From contig CBDCXV010000011.1 of assembly GCA_965223905.1 (NCBI GenBank), positions 1,952,001-2,016,000 on the forward strand: a stretch of 64,000 bases of DNA, given 5' to 3'. Position 1 is the stretch's first letter. Each line of letters opens with the position of its first letter. Both the position numbers and the translations under genes were made by a program. Under the pieces are notes generated by a model. The model did not search any database, was not told the DNA's origin, and saw only the letters and a program-made list of their open reading frames with translations. Positions 29,169-38,294 of the stretch are shown here, piece by piece. Origin of the DNA: Candidatus Latescibacterota bacterium (GTDB taxonomy: Bacteria; Latescibacterota; UBA2968; UBA8231).

Positions 29169-29933
29169 TCAAAGTCGCGCTTTTTCATGCGGGATACTCC
29201 TTTTTTCGACAATAAAATACCCACGTCTCCCCAGCTCGTAGGGATCGTCGTCCAGAGACGAAAAAGCCCCGCACACCTCGAAACCCACTTCGGAAAAAAG
29301 AGAGGTCAACTCACGATATCCGTAGACCCGCATCGAGGTGGTCTTCGTTTCTGAAACACCGTCTGCAACCAGGGTCCACTCACAGTCGATCCGGCTTTCC
29401 ACGTGCCTGTACGTCCTTTCCTCCAGGACCAGCGTTTCGCCCACCTTGCTCCAACTGCGCGGCTGCAGCTTCGGGAGTATTGTTTCCGCGATGTTGGCCA
29501 AATCGAGGGCAAACCTCGAACCATGCTTGAGGGCTCGATGCACAGCCTCCAGAAACCCTTTGTTACCCTCGTCGTCAAAGTACCCGAAGCTCCCCCAGAA
29601 ACAGAACGCCGCGTCGAACCTCTCGGTCCAGGGCAGGTCCCTCATGTCCGTCTCGACAAGCTCGAGGTCCAGGTTCGCTTCCTGCGAAACGGATTGCGCT
29701 TCCTGAAGAAGGGTTGCCGTTATATCGACACCGGTGACGCGGCAACCCCGCTCAGCCAGCGGAATCGCCAACCTGCCATTGCCGCACGGAGCGTCAAGGA
29801 CCCGGCATCCCGCGGTCAAATCCAGGTTTCGCTGCAGGAATTCCACCTCCTTCGCAGTGCGGCCCGAACGCACGTTTCTTTGCACGTCGAGCCAATTCCC
29901 CGAGAAAAAGCTCCTCCACCAGTCAGTTTCCAT
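29169..29933 (-). CDS. Class I SAM-dependent methyltransferase
   Basis: VLDAPCGNGR, DMR, SFGYF. Confidence 0.9.
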   Translation of the reverse strand: METDWWRSFFSGNWLDVQRNVRSGRTAKEVEFLQRNLDLTAGCRVLDAPCGNGRLAIPLAERGCRVTGVDITATLLQEAQSVSQEANLDLELVETDMRDLPWTERFDAAFCFWGSFGYFDDEGNKGFLEAVHRALKHGSRFALDLANIAETILPKLQPRSWSKVGETLVLEERTYRHVESRIDCEWTLVADGVSETKTTSMRVYGYRELTSLFSEVGFEVCGAFSSLDDDPYELGRRGYFIVEKRSIPHEKARL

Positions 29934-30137
29934 ATCGGGCTTCCAGTTCAGGATTACCCAAAATCCGGTTATTCATCCTCTCTGGTACGCGCCGGCGATG
30001 GTGGTTCCCGGAGATGATGGATTGGCAAACCTCGCCGGTAGGGAAAGGACCGCATATCCCAGGCGACATCGGCACAGCTGGCCGTACTTCTTCCCGACAT
30101 TCGTCACGTTGGCGAGGCCCTTTTCCATTGCAAGGAG

Positions 30138-32024
30138 TCACCCCCTGAGCGCACGGGCAAGGTGCCGGTCGTGAAAGCTCCTGAGGCTCCCCGCGGCTTC
30201 CGGAAACCGCGCCACCGCGGCCTCGAGCCCGCGGCGGGCGCGTTCGTATTCCCGCAGCTCGAAGCAGAAGGAGATGTACTCCGTGAACGCCTGGAGTATG
30301 GAATCGCCGGTCCGGAGGGCGCGCTCGTACGCATGCAGCGCCTCCCCGGTGCGGCCGCCGGCGCGGTACACGTGGGCGAGGTTGATCCAGACGCCGAAGC
30401 GATGGGGTTGATGGTCCCTGACCATCTCGAAGGTCTCGACAGCCCGGTGGGGCTGACCGGTCATGGCGTACATGGAACCGAGGTTGATCCAGGCCTGCCA
30501 GAACTCCGGGTCGATGGCCACCGAACGTTTGAACGACGCCATCGCCCCATCGATATCCCGCTTCTTCACCTGGGCGTTGCCGATGTTGTAATGGATGAGG
30601 GCGTCTCCGTCGAGGTCCATCGGAGCCAGGCGATGGTTGAGGGCTCCTGCCAGCAGAACGACCGCTGCCAGGGTGGCGATTGCAACAGGAGAACGCTTCC
30701 CCACGCCCCGAAACAGGGTGCCGAGCTGCATCACCCCGTACACGGCAAACAGCGCCAGCAGCGGGCATAGGGGAATCCGGTAGCGGGCCGTCGGAAAAAA
30801 GGCGATCACCGCGGCCGCGTACAGGCCGACGAACAGAACGGCGATGAGCCCTTCGGGGGGAACCCGCGGCAAGGTAAACACCGGTACCGGGGCGGGAAGC
30901 AGGCGCGGCGCCCGGCAGCGCACCAGGTAGAGGGCCATTCCCGCAAGCGCCAGCGGGGCGATAAGGCCGAACGGGAAGGCGAGGTACTCCGTCTTCCACA
31001 GTAACGCCGACAGCAGATGCGAGTAGTTGCGCCAGAAGTAGACCGCCTGGTTGCGGCCGATCTCGTCGCCGTGCCAGAAAGCATAGGTCTTCTCCGCCAG
31101 CAACCCGGCCCAGGCCAGCGGTTCGGAGGCGATGAACTCCCCGGCCTGCCTGTAGAAATACCGGGACTTCTCCGAGGGCCTGTCGATGCCGGCATGCTGC
31201 GGCATGTCGACGAGGTCGTCCCACTCCCACCCCGGCCGCGCTCCAAGGGTCTTCCCGGTGTCGCCGTTGTTGCCGGCGTAGAAGTTGATGCCCCCGTTGT
31301 AGGAGATGAGCACGGCGTCGTTGCCGACGGCGTAGTTGCGCAGGCTCACCGGGGCAATCGGCAGGGCCACGCCGAGCAGAAAGAGAAGCCCGGCCGCGGC
31401 CCCACGCCGCATGTCCCGGGCCCGCCAGCCTGAAACGGCGACCCAGGCTGCGGCCGCGGCGCAGAACGGCAGCACCGTCGGCACGGTGACCGCGGCCAGC
31501 CCGAAGCTGATTCCCGCTGCCAGGAAGCGCCAGGGCGACTGCCGATCCAGCGCCCGCAACAGCAACAGCAGGCCGAGGGTATCGAGGAAGGCAGCTGTCG
31601 TTGCCGGAAGCAGCTCGCCGGCGAAGAAGATCATCGGGCCGTACGCCGCGGTGACGACACCGGCGCCGATGCCGGCAGCTCTGCCGAACAGCCGGGTGCC
31701 GAGGTAGAAGACCAGCACGCACGTAAAAGCGTCGATCAGCGCCTGAAGGAGGCGGGCGGCGTAGAAGAACTCCGGCCCCGGGAAGAGCAGCTTGACCGCC
31801 CCGAGGGAGTAGGGAAACAGCGGCGGCTGCCAGAACGGACCGATGCCTCGGCTCAGCCAGTTCCCCGCGGCCAGCCTTTCGGCGTGCTGGTTGTAGGTGT
31901 CGGCATCGACTGCCGGGTGTTGAAACAGAGGGGAGGCGTCGAGCTCGAAGACGTAGGCCAGCCGCAGGAGCAGGGCCAGCCCCGCGATCAGGACGGGGGC
32001 GGAATACAGAAGGCGCAGGTTCAT
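30138..32024 (-). CDS. GT-C fold glycosyltransferase (family 39/PMT-like) with C-terminal TPR
   Basis: VDADTY, PPLFPY, many TM segments, GINFYAGNN, RYRIP, TPRs. Confidence 0.85.
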   Translation of the reverse strand: MNLRLLYSAPVLIAGLALLLRLAYVFELDASPLFQHPAVDADTYNQHAERLAAGNWLSRGIGPFWQPPLFPYSLGAVKLLFPGPEFFYAARLLQALIDAFTCVLVFYLGTRLFGRAAGIGAGVVTAAYGPMIFFAGELLPATTAAFLDTLGLLLLLRALDRQSPWRFLAAGISFGLAAVTVPTVLPFCAAAAAWVAVSGWRARDMRRGAAAGLLFLLGVALPIAPVSLRNYAVGNDAVLISYNGGINFYAGNNGDTGKTLGARPGWEWDDLVDMPQHAGIDRPSEKSRYFYRQAGEFIASEPLAWAGLLAEKTYAFWHGDEIGRNQAVYFWRNYSHLLSALLWKTEYLAFPFGLIAPLALAGMALYLVRCRAPRLLPAPVPVFTLPRVPPEGLIAVLFVGLYAAAVIAFFPTARYRIPLCPLLALFAVYGVMQLGTLFRGVGKRSPVAIATLAAVVLLAGALNHRLAPMDLDGDALIHYNIGNAQVKKRDIDGAMASFKRSVAIDPEFWQAWINLGSMYAMTGQPHRAVETFEMVRDHQPHRFGVWINLAHVYRAGGRTGEALHAYERALRTGDSILQAFTEYISFCFELREYERARRGLEAAVARFPEAAGSLRSFHDRHLARALRG

Positions 32025-32240
32025 CTAAGGGGTACGTTCCCCGGAGGAAGACAACGCCGGCTGGGACAGGGCACTATTGTCCGGAAATGGATGGCACAAA
32101 TCCGGCCTCCTTTCATGCCGCCGATGCGGCCGCGGCCGTAGTCGTTCTCAGGGCCGGGATCCTCCCCGGCGGACGGCAATGCCGGCGCGCGAAACGCCAT
32201 ATCGGCAAACGGGATTTTCCAGGAAGCAGCGGGCACGAAG

Positions 32241-32687
32241 CTATTTCTCCCTGACTGAAATCCCCCTGGCCTCGGCGAACGCCTTCAGCTCGGAGATGAT
32301 GCGGGGCTTGATGACCTGGTTCGCGCTGTAGCTCATGGCGCCGAATTGGATTTCCTCGGTTCTCCCCCCGGCGACATGAAACTCAACCTTCATGAACCTG
32401 ACATGGATCTCCGAGATGGCTTCCCAGGAGATTTTCCGATGTCTGAGTACCCCTGTGCGAATTTCCAGGTTCTCATCGTTGAACTCTACGACGTATTTGT
32501 GGAAACGATGCATCAGAAAACCTGCGGGCAGAGCGAAAAGACCGAATGCCAGCTGAAGGACGCCGACGAGAGTTTCGCCCCGCAAACTGAAAAGACCGCT
32601 CATGATCCAGCATAATCCCATGACGATCCAGAGCACCTGGACCGGGCGGCTTGCAGGCTGGGTCAGATCGAATGTCCGTTCTTCCAT
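32241..32687 (-). CDS. Hypothetical membrane protein (2 TM plus PH-like domain)
   Basis: ATG after AAGGAG, two hydrophobic helices, ISWEAISEI. Confidence 0.65.
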   Translation of the reverse strand: MEERTFDLTQPASRPVQVLWIVMGLCWIMSGLFSLRGETLVGVLQLAFGLFALPAGFLMHRFHKYVVEFNDENLEIRTGVLRHRKISWEAISEIHVRFMKVEFHVAGGRTEEIQFGAMSYSANQVIKPRIISELKAFAEARGISVREK

Positions 32688-32853
32688 GAGTTTGGTCTCC
32701 TTGCTTACGTGGGTCGCCAGAAATCCCCGGAGAGTGCGCACAGTACCGGCTCCGGGATGACGCATATCATGCAAGGACTTTTCCTCTCGCCCAACCCCTC
32801 CGCAGGCTGGTTGCCGGGCGCCCGTCGCCCGGAAGAAAGCCCCGTGCTTCCGG

Positions 32854-33954
32854 CTACCGGGAAACCTCCAGAACAGCCAGCGCCGCCTCGATGCCGGCGA
32901 TCGCTTCTCTTTCCACCTGCAACGCCTCACCGATCAACCTGCCGGCCTCGGCGCGGCCCTCGGCAGTAAACCCATCGTTCTCACGCGCTGCTTCTAACAG
33001 ATCGTGCAGCGATTTCAGTACCGCCACCTCGCGGTCGTAGTGGGCCGCGGCTTCACCGATGGGCCCGGCCGCTTCGGGGAACAGGGTGAGAAGCTCCCGC
33101 AGGTACGCGGCGGCGATCATGCGCCGGTCCCTGAGGATGGCGGCGTGGTAGTGGGAACGGTTGGGGGAGACCTCCTCTGAGCCGAACGCCTGCCGCCAGA
33201 CCTCGTACGCGGCGAAACCCTGGCTCCACTTGCTCTCGAATCGGGTCCCCTCCGCAAAGGCAACCGCGTTTCTGAGCGCCGGCAGGTTCAGCATCCTTTG
33301 GTCGACATCACGGAGTTTCTCGAAAATCCCAACGTAGAACCACTCGACCCCGTCGCTGTGTCCGATGGCGTCGTAGCGAACGGTGTAATCCCCGGACACG
33401 AACGGGTGCCGGATCGTGTAGGTCTCCTGCGCTTCGTCGTATCCGACGATCAGGCCCCAGCAGTAGGCGCCGCGGCCGGCGGCTTTCTGCTCGAGGCTCA
33501 TCGGTTGCCATACGAGGGGCGGGATCCCTTTCTGGAGGCTTGCCAGGGCGGCATCCCGGGCATCCCGCTTCAGCGCCGGCAGATCGACGCCGGTGTCTTT
33601 CTTCGTCGCTTCGAAGACGCGGAACCGCGCCATCTCCGGGAGGAAATCCAGGGCGATCCCCCAGTCGATGTTGTCGTGAAAGACTCCTCCGCCCCCTTCC
33701 ACCATCTCGAAATGGAAGGCATGCCCCATGATGCCCTGAAGCCGTGTCGCCGACCATTCCGGGGCGCCGACCGCCTGCAGCAACGCGCTGACGCAGGAAA
33801 CCAGGCTCGTTCCGTAGTGCGGCTCGGACAGTGTGACGTCCGCCATGACGTCCATCGGTCGATCCGCTTCCTTTCTGTCCGCCGCTTCATCCGCGCCCGC
33901 CTCGGCAACGACAGCGGCGAGAAGGATGATGATGGACAGTGTTGGAATGGTCAT
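32854..33954 (-). CDS. Secreted hypothetical protein
   Basis: Signal peptide; WGLIVGYD and GFAAYEVW motifs. Confidence 0.7.
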   Translation of the reverse strand: MTIPTLSIIILLAAVVAEAGADEAADRKEADRPMDVMADVTLSEPHYGTSLVSCVSALLQAVGAPEWSATRLQGIMGHAFHFEMVEGGGGVFHDNIDWGIALDFLPEMARFRVFEATKKDTGVDLPALKRDARDAALASLQKGIPPLVWQPMSLEQKAAGRGAYCWGLIVGYDEAQETYTIRHPFVSGDYTVRYDAIGHSDGVEWFYVGIFEKLRDVDQRMLNLPALRNAVAFAEGTRFESKWSQGFAAYEVWRQAFGSEEVSPNRSHYHAAILRDRRMIAAAYLRELLTLFPEAAGPIGEAAAHYDREVAVLKSLHDLLEAARENDGFTAEGRAEAGRLIGEALQVEREAIAGIEAALAVLEVSR

Positions 33955-34161
33955 TTCGCGCCTATCTCTATGCTTTGCTCACAAGCTGTTCGGCATGTCG
34001 GTTTTCGGCAGAAGCCATCCTTGCGGAAAGGATGCCGGCAATCTCAACGAACGGACGGCTTGCAGCGGCTTTCACAATACGCCGCGGGCAGCACAATGTC
34101 AGTACCGGCCGCACCCATGCGCTTCAAAGGCGGCGATGCAGCCGGGTGGGATCTCAGCGAA

Positions 34162-35421
34162 TCAATCGCCCTGATAGCCCCGTTCGGCCCAGACTTTCCG
34201 GGCCAGCTTTTTTGCCTCGGGGGCCAGTTCGATTTCCCCCAGTATGCTGCTCGGTGGCTGCCCCTTCTTTGTGCGCCCGGGGTCGGGCGACCAGTCGTCC
34301 CCGGCGTATTTCCGGCGCACCGACTCGCGGCGGAAGTCGGGCACTCCCATCGGTTCCGAGTCGCTGAGCGCCGAACGCCAGGCCTGGATCCCGGCGATGC
34401 TCATGTCGATGCCGCGGTACACGTCGAGATAGGGCGGCTCGCCGCTGCGGATCGCCTCGGCGAAGTGGCAGCTGGTGAAAAAGTCGCCGCCGCCGTGTCC
34501 GGTGCGAGTCGCCTGGGCATGGTGCACGGGGAAGTCGGGCCTGTACACGGTTTCGACCGGATCGCTCCTGCGCTTTTCCCACGGCTCGTACCACACGCGC
34601 AGCCGCTGCTGGTCGCCGTGGCGGCAGTTTTCCATCACCCCCTTGTTGCCGTGGATGCGGACGTAGTTGCCGTGGCCGCGCAGCCCGCCGTGCAGCGACT
34701 TCATCACCGCGTCGTTGTCCATGCGGCAGATGATCACTGCGGCGGTGTCCCCCCGGTTCATGTGCAGCGTCTGGGTGGAGTCGGCGAAATCAAAGGGAAT
34801 GACGAAGCCGTTCACCTTCACCGGCCGGGTGTCGGTGATGTACATGACCGGGGCGATGGAATGGGTGCAGTAATACGTGGCGGGGATCCAGTTGCGCCAG
34901 TGGTCGCGCCCGCAGCTGCGCGCCAGTTTCACCTCGGGCGGGTCGGGGTGGACGTACTCGCCCTCGCCGTACTTGAACTCGCCGACGCGGCCCTTCCGGT
35001 AGAGCCGCTTCATCTCCTGGTTGAAGACCATGTAGGGGTAGTTCTCGGCGAACATGTAGGTCCTGCCGCTTTTCTCGACCGCTCTCGCCAGCGCCACGCC
35101 TTCCCCCAGGGTGTGGCAGGCCGCGGTCTCGCTCATTACGTGTTTGCCGGCGTTGAGCGCTTTGACCGCGAACGGCGCGTGCTGGTGGAAGTAGTTGGCC
35201 AGCACCACCGCGTCCATGTCGCAGCCGAGGAATTCTTCGTAGTCGAGGTATGTCTGCACGTTGAGGGCCTTGCCTTCCGCAAGGAGGCGCTCTTCCCAGG
35301 TGTCGCAGATGGCGACCAGTTCCATGCCGGTCGCCACGGCCGCCTGCATGAAGGACCGGCCGCGGCCGACGCCGACTACGCCGACCCGGATGGGATGTTG
35401 TTTGCCGCGTTTCCTGGCCAT
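34162..35421 (-). CDS. Gfo/Idh/MocA family oxidoreductase
   Basis: VGVVGVGRG, GKHVMSE, AENY, YCTH, GHGGGD. Confidence 0.9.
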   Translation of the reverse strand: MARKRGKQHPIRVGVVGVGRGRSFMQAAVATGMELVAICDTWEERLLAEGKALNVQTYLDYEEFLGCDMDAVVLANYFHQHAPFAVKALNAGKHVMSETAACHTLGEGVALARAVEKSGRTYMFAENYPYMVFNQEMKRLYRKGRVGEFKYGEGEYVHPDPPEVKLARSCGRDHWRNWIPATYYCTHSIAPVMYITDTRPVKVNGFVIPFDFADSTQTLHMNRGDTAAVIICRMDNDAVMKSLHGGLRGHGNYVRIHGNKGVMENCRHGDQQRLRVWYEPWEKRRSDPVETVYRPDFPVHHAQATRTGHGGGDFFTSCHFAEAIRSGEPPYLDVYRGIDMSIAGIQAWRSALSDSEPMGVPDFRRESVRRKYAGDDWSPDPGRTKKGQPPSSILGEIELAPEAKKLARKVWAERGYQGD

Positions 35422-35438
35422 GGTCTATGTCCTGCGTT

Positions 35439-36225
35439 TCATCCTTGACGGCGCTCGGCCCTGGGGTTGTGCGTAGTGCGACCGCCTTGTGGCGGGGCGG
35501 ATAGAGGTTTCCCCAACCTCATGAGCAACAGCATCGGCCAACCAAGATCGAAATCGTCCTGGAACCCGGTCCAGTACTCCTTCGCCCTCGGGGACTTCTC
35601 GAGCAGGGATTCGTCCGCAAGATGTTCTTCGATGCGGTCGATCCGGAGTCGGGCCTTCAAGGCTGCATTGACATAGTCCGCGATCTGGTGGCGATAGCTC
35701 TCGACGTTGACCTTCCGGCCCGTCTGCGTATCGGTGAAGCGGGCCTGCAGGCGACGGAGACGCATCGCCGGGGTGGAGTTCCGAGATGATGACGAAACCT
35801 CCCGGCCGGCAGATCCTCCCCATCTCTCCGATCACCGAATCCAGGTCGGAAACGTGCTCCAGGACCAGGCAGCACAGGACGCGATCGAAGCTGTCGTTGT
35901 CGAACGGGAAGCGCCCCGTCAGGTCGTGGGTAACGAATCGCACGTCGTGTTTCTTCGCCTTCCCGATGGCTTGCGCCATCATTTCCGGGGCGAAGTCGAC
36001 TGCCGTCACCCTGGCGCCTGCTTCCGCCAGATAGAGGGTGTGGCGACCCGTGCCGCAGCCGATGTCGGCGACGCTGAGTTCCCGGACGTCCCCCAACAGG
36101 GACCGCACCAGCGGCTCTTCCAGAACGATCAAGGGATTGTCCTGGGTGTCGTAGGTTTCGGACCAGCGAGCGTAGCCCTGCCGAACGGGTACGATCTCGG
36201 TAACAACCCTGGATTCGTCAATCAC
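35439..36225 (-). pseudogene. SAM-dependent methyltransferase with one frameshift near 35770 (possibly a sequence error)
   Basis: DIGCGTGR...ISELHP in ORF 35425-36225 continues as AMRLRRLQARF in ORF 35439-35765. Confidence 0.75.
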
Positions 36226-36296
36226 GTTGGTTGCCTTCGGGTAACGCCGGTGGCTCCGGCCGGGCCTTCAGGTTAACTGGAGGTATCCGAACGATC

Positions 36297-36368
36297 GTTC
36301 GGTCCGCGATTGGAGCGGTTCGTCCTGCGGTCACACGCTGGAGTGGGCGGCCTTGGTCGCCCGGGGGT
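36297..36368. repeat. Diverged direct repeat, copy A
   Basis: 50/72 ungapped identity to 37947-38018. Confidence 0.7.
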
Positions 36369-36458
36369 TTCAAACTGGATGAAGTCCGCCAATCGTGGAA
36401 AACGGCCCTTGTGTGTCGCTGCCGAAACGCGCCACGCCTCAGTGATAGCGGCGGGTAC

Positions 36459-37065
36459 TCATCTACAACTGACTGCGGATATACCCCAACCGTTAACGAA
36501 CTTTGTCAGCAATTTGCAACCGTGGGCAGTCAGTTGATCTTCGATATCCGGGTTCGCAAAATCCTTGGAATTTTTGGTAATGAAACAGCGAAGCTCCCCG
36601 GATTCTGTAGTCAGATGAGCGAGAATCGAAGCATAAACTATGGAATCCCGCGGCGATAGATCGAGACTCTTTTGGAATGTAATGGCGTCGCTGATAATAC
36701 CCAAATCGATGGGTATTATTTCAACGTTCTGTAAGATCTTCTCCAGAGCATCATCGAGTCGATGCTTCTCTTCTTCACCACTTCTGATCAATAAGTTTGT
36801 GAGTTCCCGGAACTCATCAGAGGCTTCATGGTAAGGGCCCGAACGAGAGAGTTTCATGAATTGCCATACGGAGTTGTTCATGCAGATCACGTCTTTGCTT
36901 TGACCGGCGAACCCACGCTTCATACGGTTCTCCAATACTGAAGGCGGGTACCACCAAGCGAATATCTCTCTATTCCGATAAGCCCAAAATCGCCGAGCAA
37001 CTTTCATGTTCCTCCTGAAAGAATGCGAGTTCGAGGACGAAATTAGATTCTACGTATAAAATCAT
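36459..37065 (-). pseudogene. PIN-domain protein with in-frame TAG and a frameshift
   Basis: MILYVESNFVLELA start overlapping the upstream stop (ATGA); C-terminal SPRDSIVYAS...FITKNSKDF. Confidence 0.75.
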
Positions 37066-37514
37066 GTGGCAGCTTCAAGCTCGACAGAACCGTGCCTGAT
37101 TGCCTCGTATAATCCTGAGTCAAGGAGCCATTTGGGATTTGGGTTAACTGAGTCTCGTTGCAGATCGTTACGGACCACATCTTCCAGCCACGAAATCGTA
37201 AGAAGTTCCAGTCCATATCCGCTTAGATCGTAAAGGGGTTGGTTTGATTTCAGGTATGGAGCCAGTACTTCGGTAGCCTCTATTTTATAATCAGGTCTGG
37301 CGGTACCATCAACTAGGTTAGCGTCAGTCCACAGATAGAGAGAGTCAGGGAGCACAAGTAAGAAAAAGGGAGCATTAGGCATGAACGAATGGGCCAACAA
37401 ATTGCGGCGCATGCGGATCACCCACTCAGCAGATGCACCAAGTTTGCTTTTGATTTCGACTACGAGTTGGAGTTTTTCCTCCGGATCTGATACTGCAATA
37501 TCGACAAATTTCAT
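37062..37514 (-). CDS. Hypothetical protein with PD-(D/E)xK-like motif
   Basis: ATG after GGAGG; VDIAV...LVVEIK; low GC. Confidence 0.6.
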   Translation of the reverse strand: MKFVDIAVSDPEEKLQLVVEIKSKLGASAEWVIRMRRNLLAHSFMPNAPFFLLVLPDSLYLWTDANLVDGTARPDYKIEATEVLAPYLKSNQPLYDLSGYGLELLTISWLEDVVRNDLQRDSVNPNPKWLLDSGLYEAIRHGSVELEAAT

Positions 37515-37946
37515 TGTATGAACCTCCACATGGCTGGCTACCGCCCCTTGAGATGTTAGTAAACAGGTTCCCTCTATGAGCTTATGGCACGTAGGGGTTT
37601 TCTTTACAATTGTGGGTCAACATACCCTCCATGTTGAACCCTGTCAACCAACATCGAGTCACGAACAAGTAGAAGTTGGAAAAAGCGATTTTTTCCGTTA
37701 CGGATATGATTCTACGTGGCGGACCCGCCCTTGCCTTGGATGCCTGCTCATTCCTCGGTGAAGACTTTGCCTTGCCTCAAACGCCCTGCCCGCATGGGAC
37801 GAGCCATCCTCTGCTTTCGCTCCTGGACCTTCTGGAGAAGGAGGAGGCTCTGGCGCCCCCGCCTCCTCCGCTGCCAACGAAGTCTTGCCCCCCTGCCCGA
37901 GGCCGCGAACGCTAACGTTCCGGCGAGGCCGATTGCGGTGCTGCCA

Positions 37947-38018
37947 GTGCGGACGGCGATTCGAGTGGTTCGTCCTTCGGTTGTCGAATGGTGTGGGCTG
38001 CCCTGCCGGCTCAGGTGT
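37947..38018. repeat. Diverged direct repeat, copy B
   Basis: GCGATTCGAGTGGTTCGTCCTTCGGT versus GCGATTGGAGCGGTTCGTCCTGCGGT. Confidence 0.7.
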
Positions 38019-38294
38019 CCGCCGAACTCAGCCCCTTGCCCAAACCTGTGGCGTCCCCTCGGAAACCCAACCCGCCCTCACAGATTCGGCCTCCATTTGA
38101 CCCTATCCGGGGGGGCGGGGCCGGATATGGCAGCCGTAAACAAACCGGTTCCGGGGGCGCCCATCAGAAAAAACCGCAAACGATCTTCAGGAACTCTGGC
38201 GACCCGGGCGTGCGCAAGACGCATTGATTGAAACCCAAAAAAGGTGCCTAATTATCCGGGCACCTTCCGATTTACAACGAAAGATACGCGCTCT

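Noticed and set aside
36297-36368. Hammerhead ribozyme (GGACGAAC on the minus strand)
   Set aside because: No CUGANGA core and the GAAA is missing.
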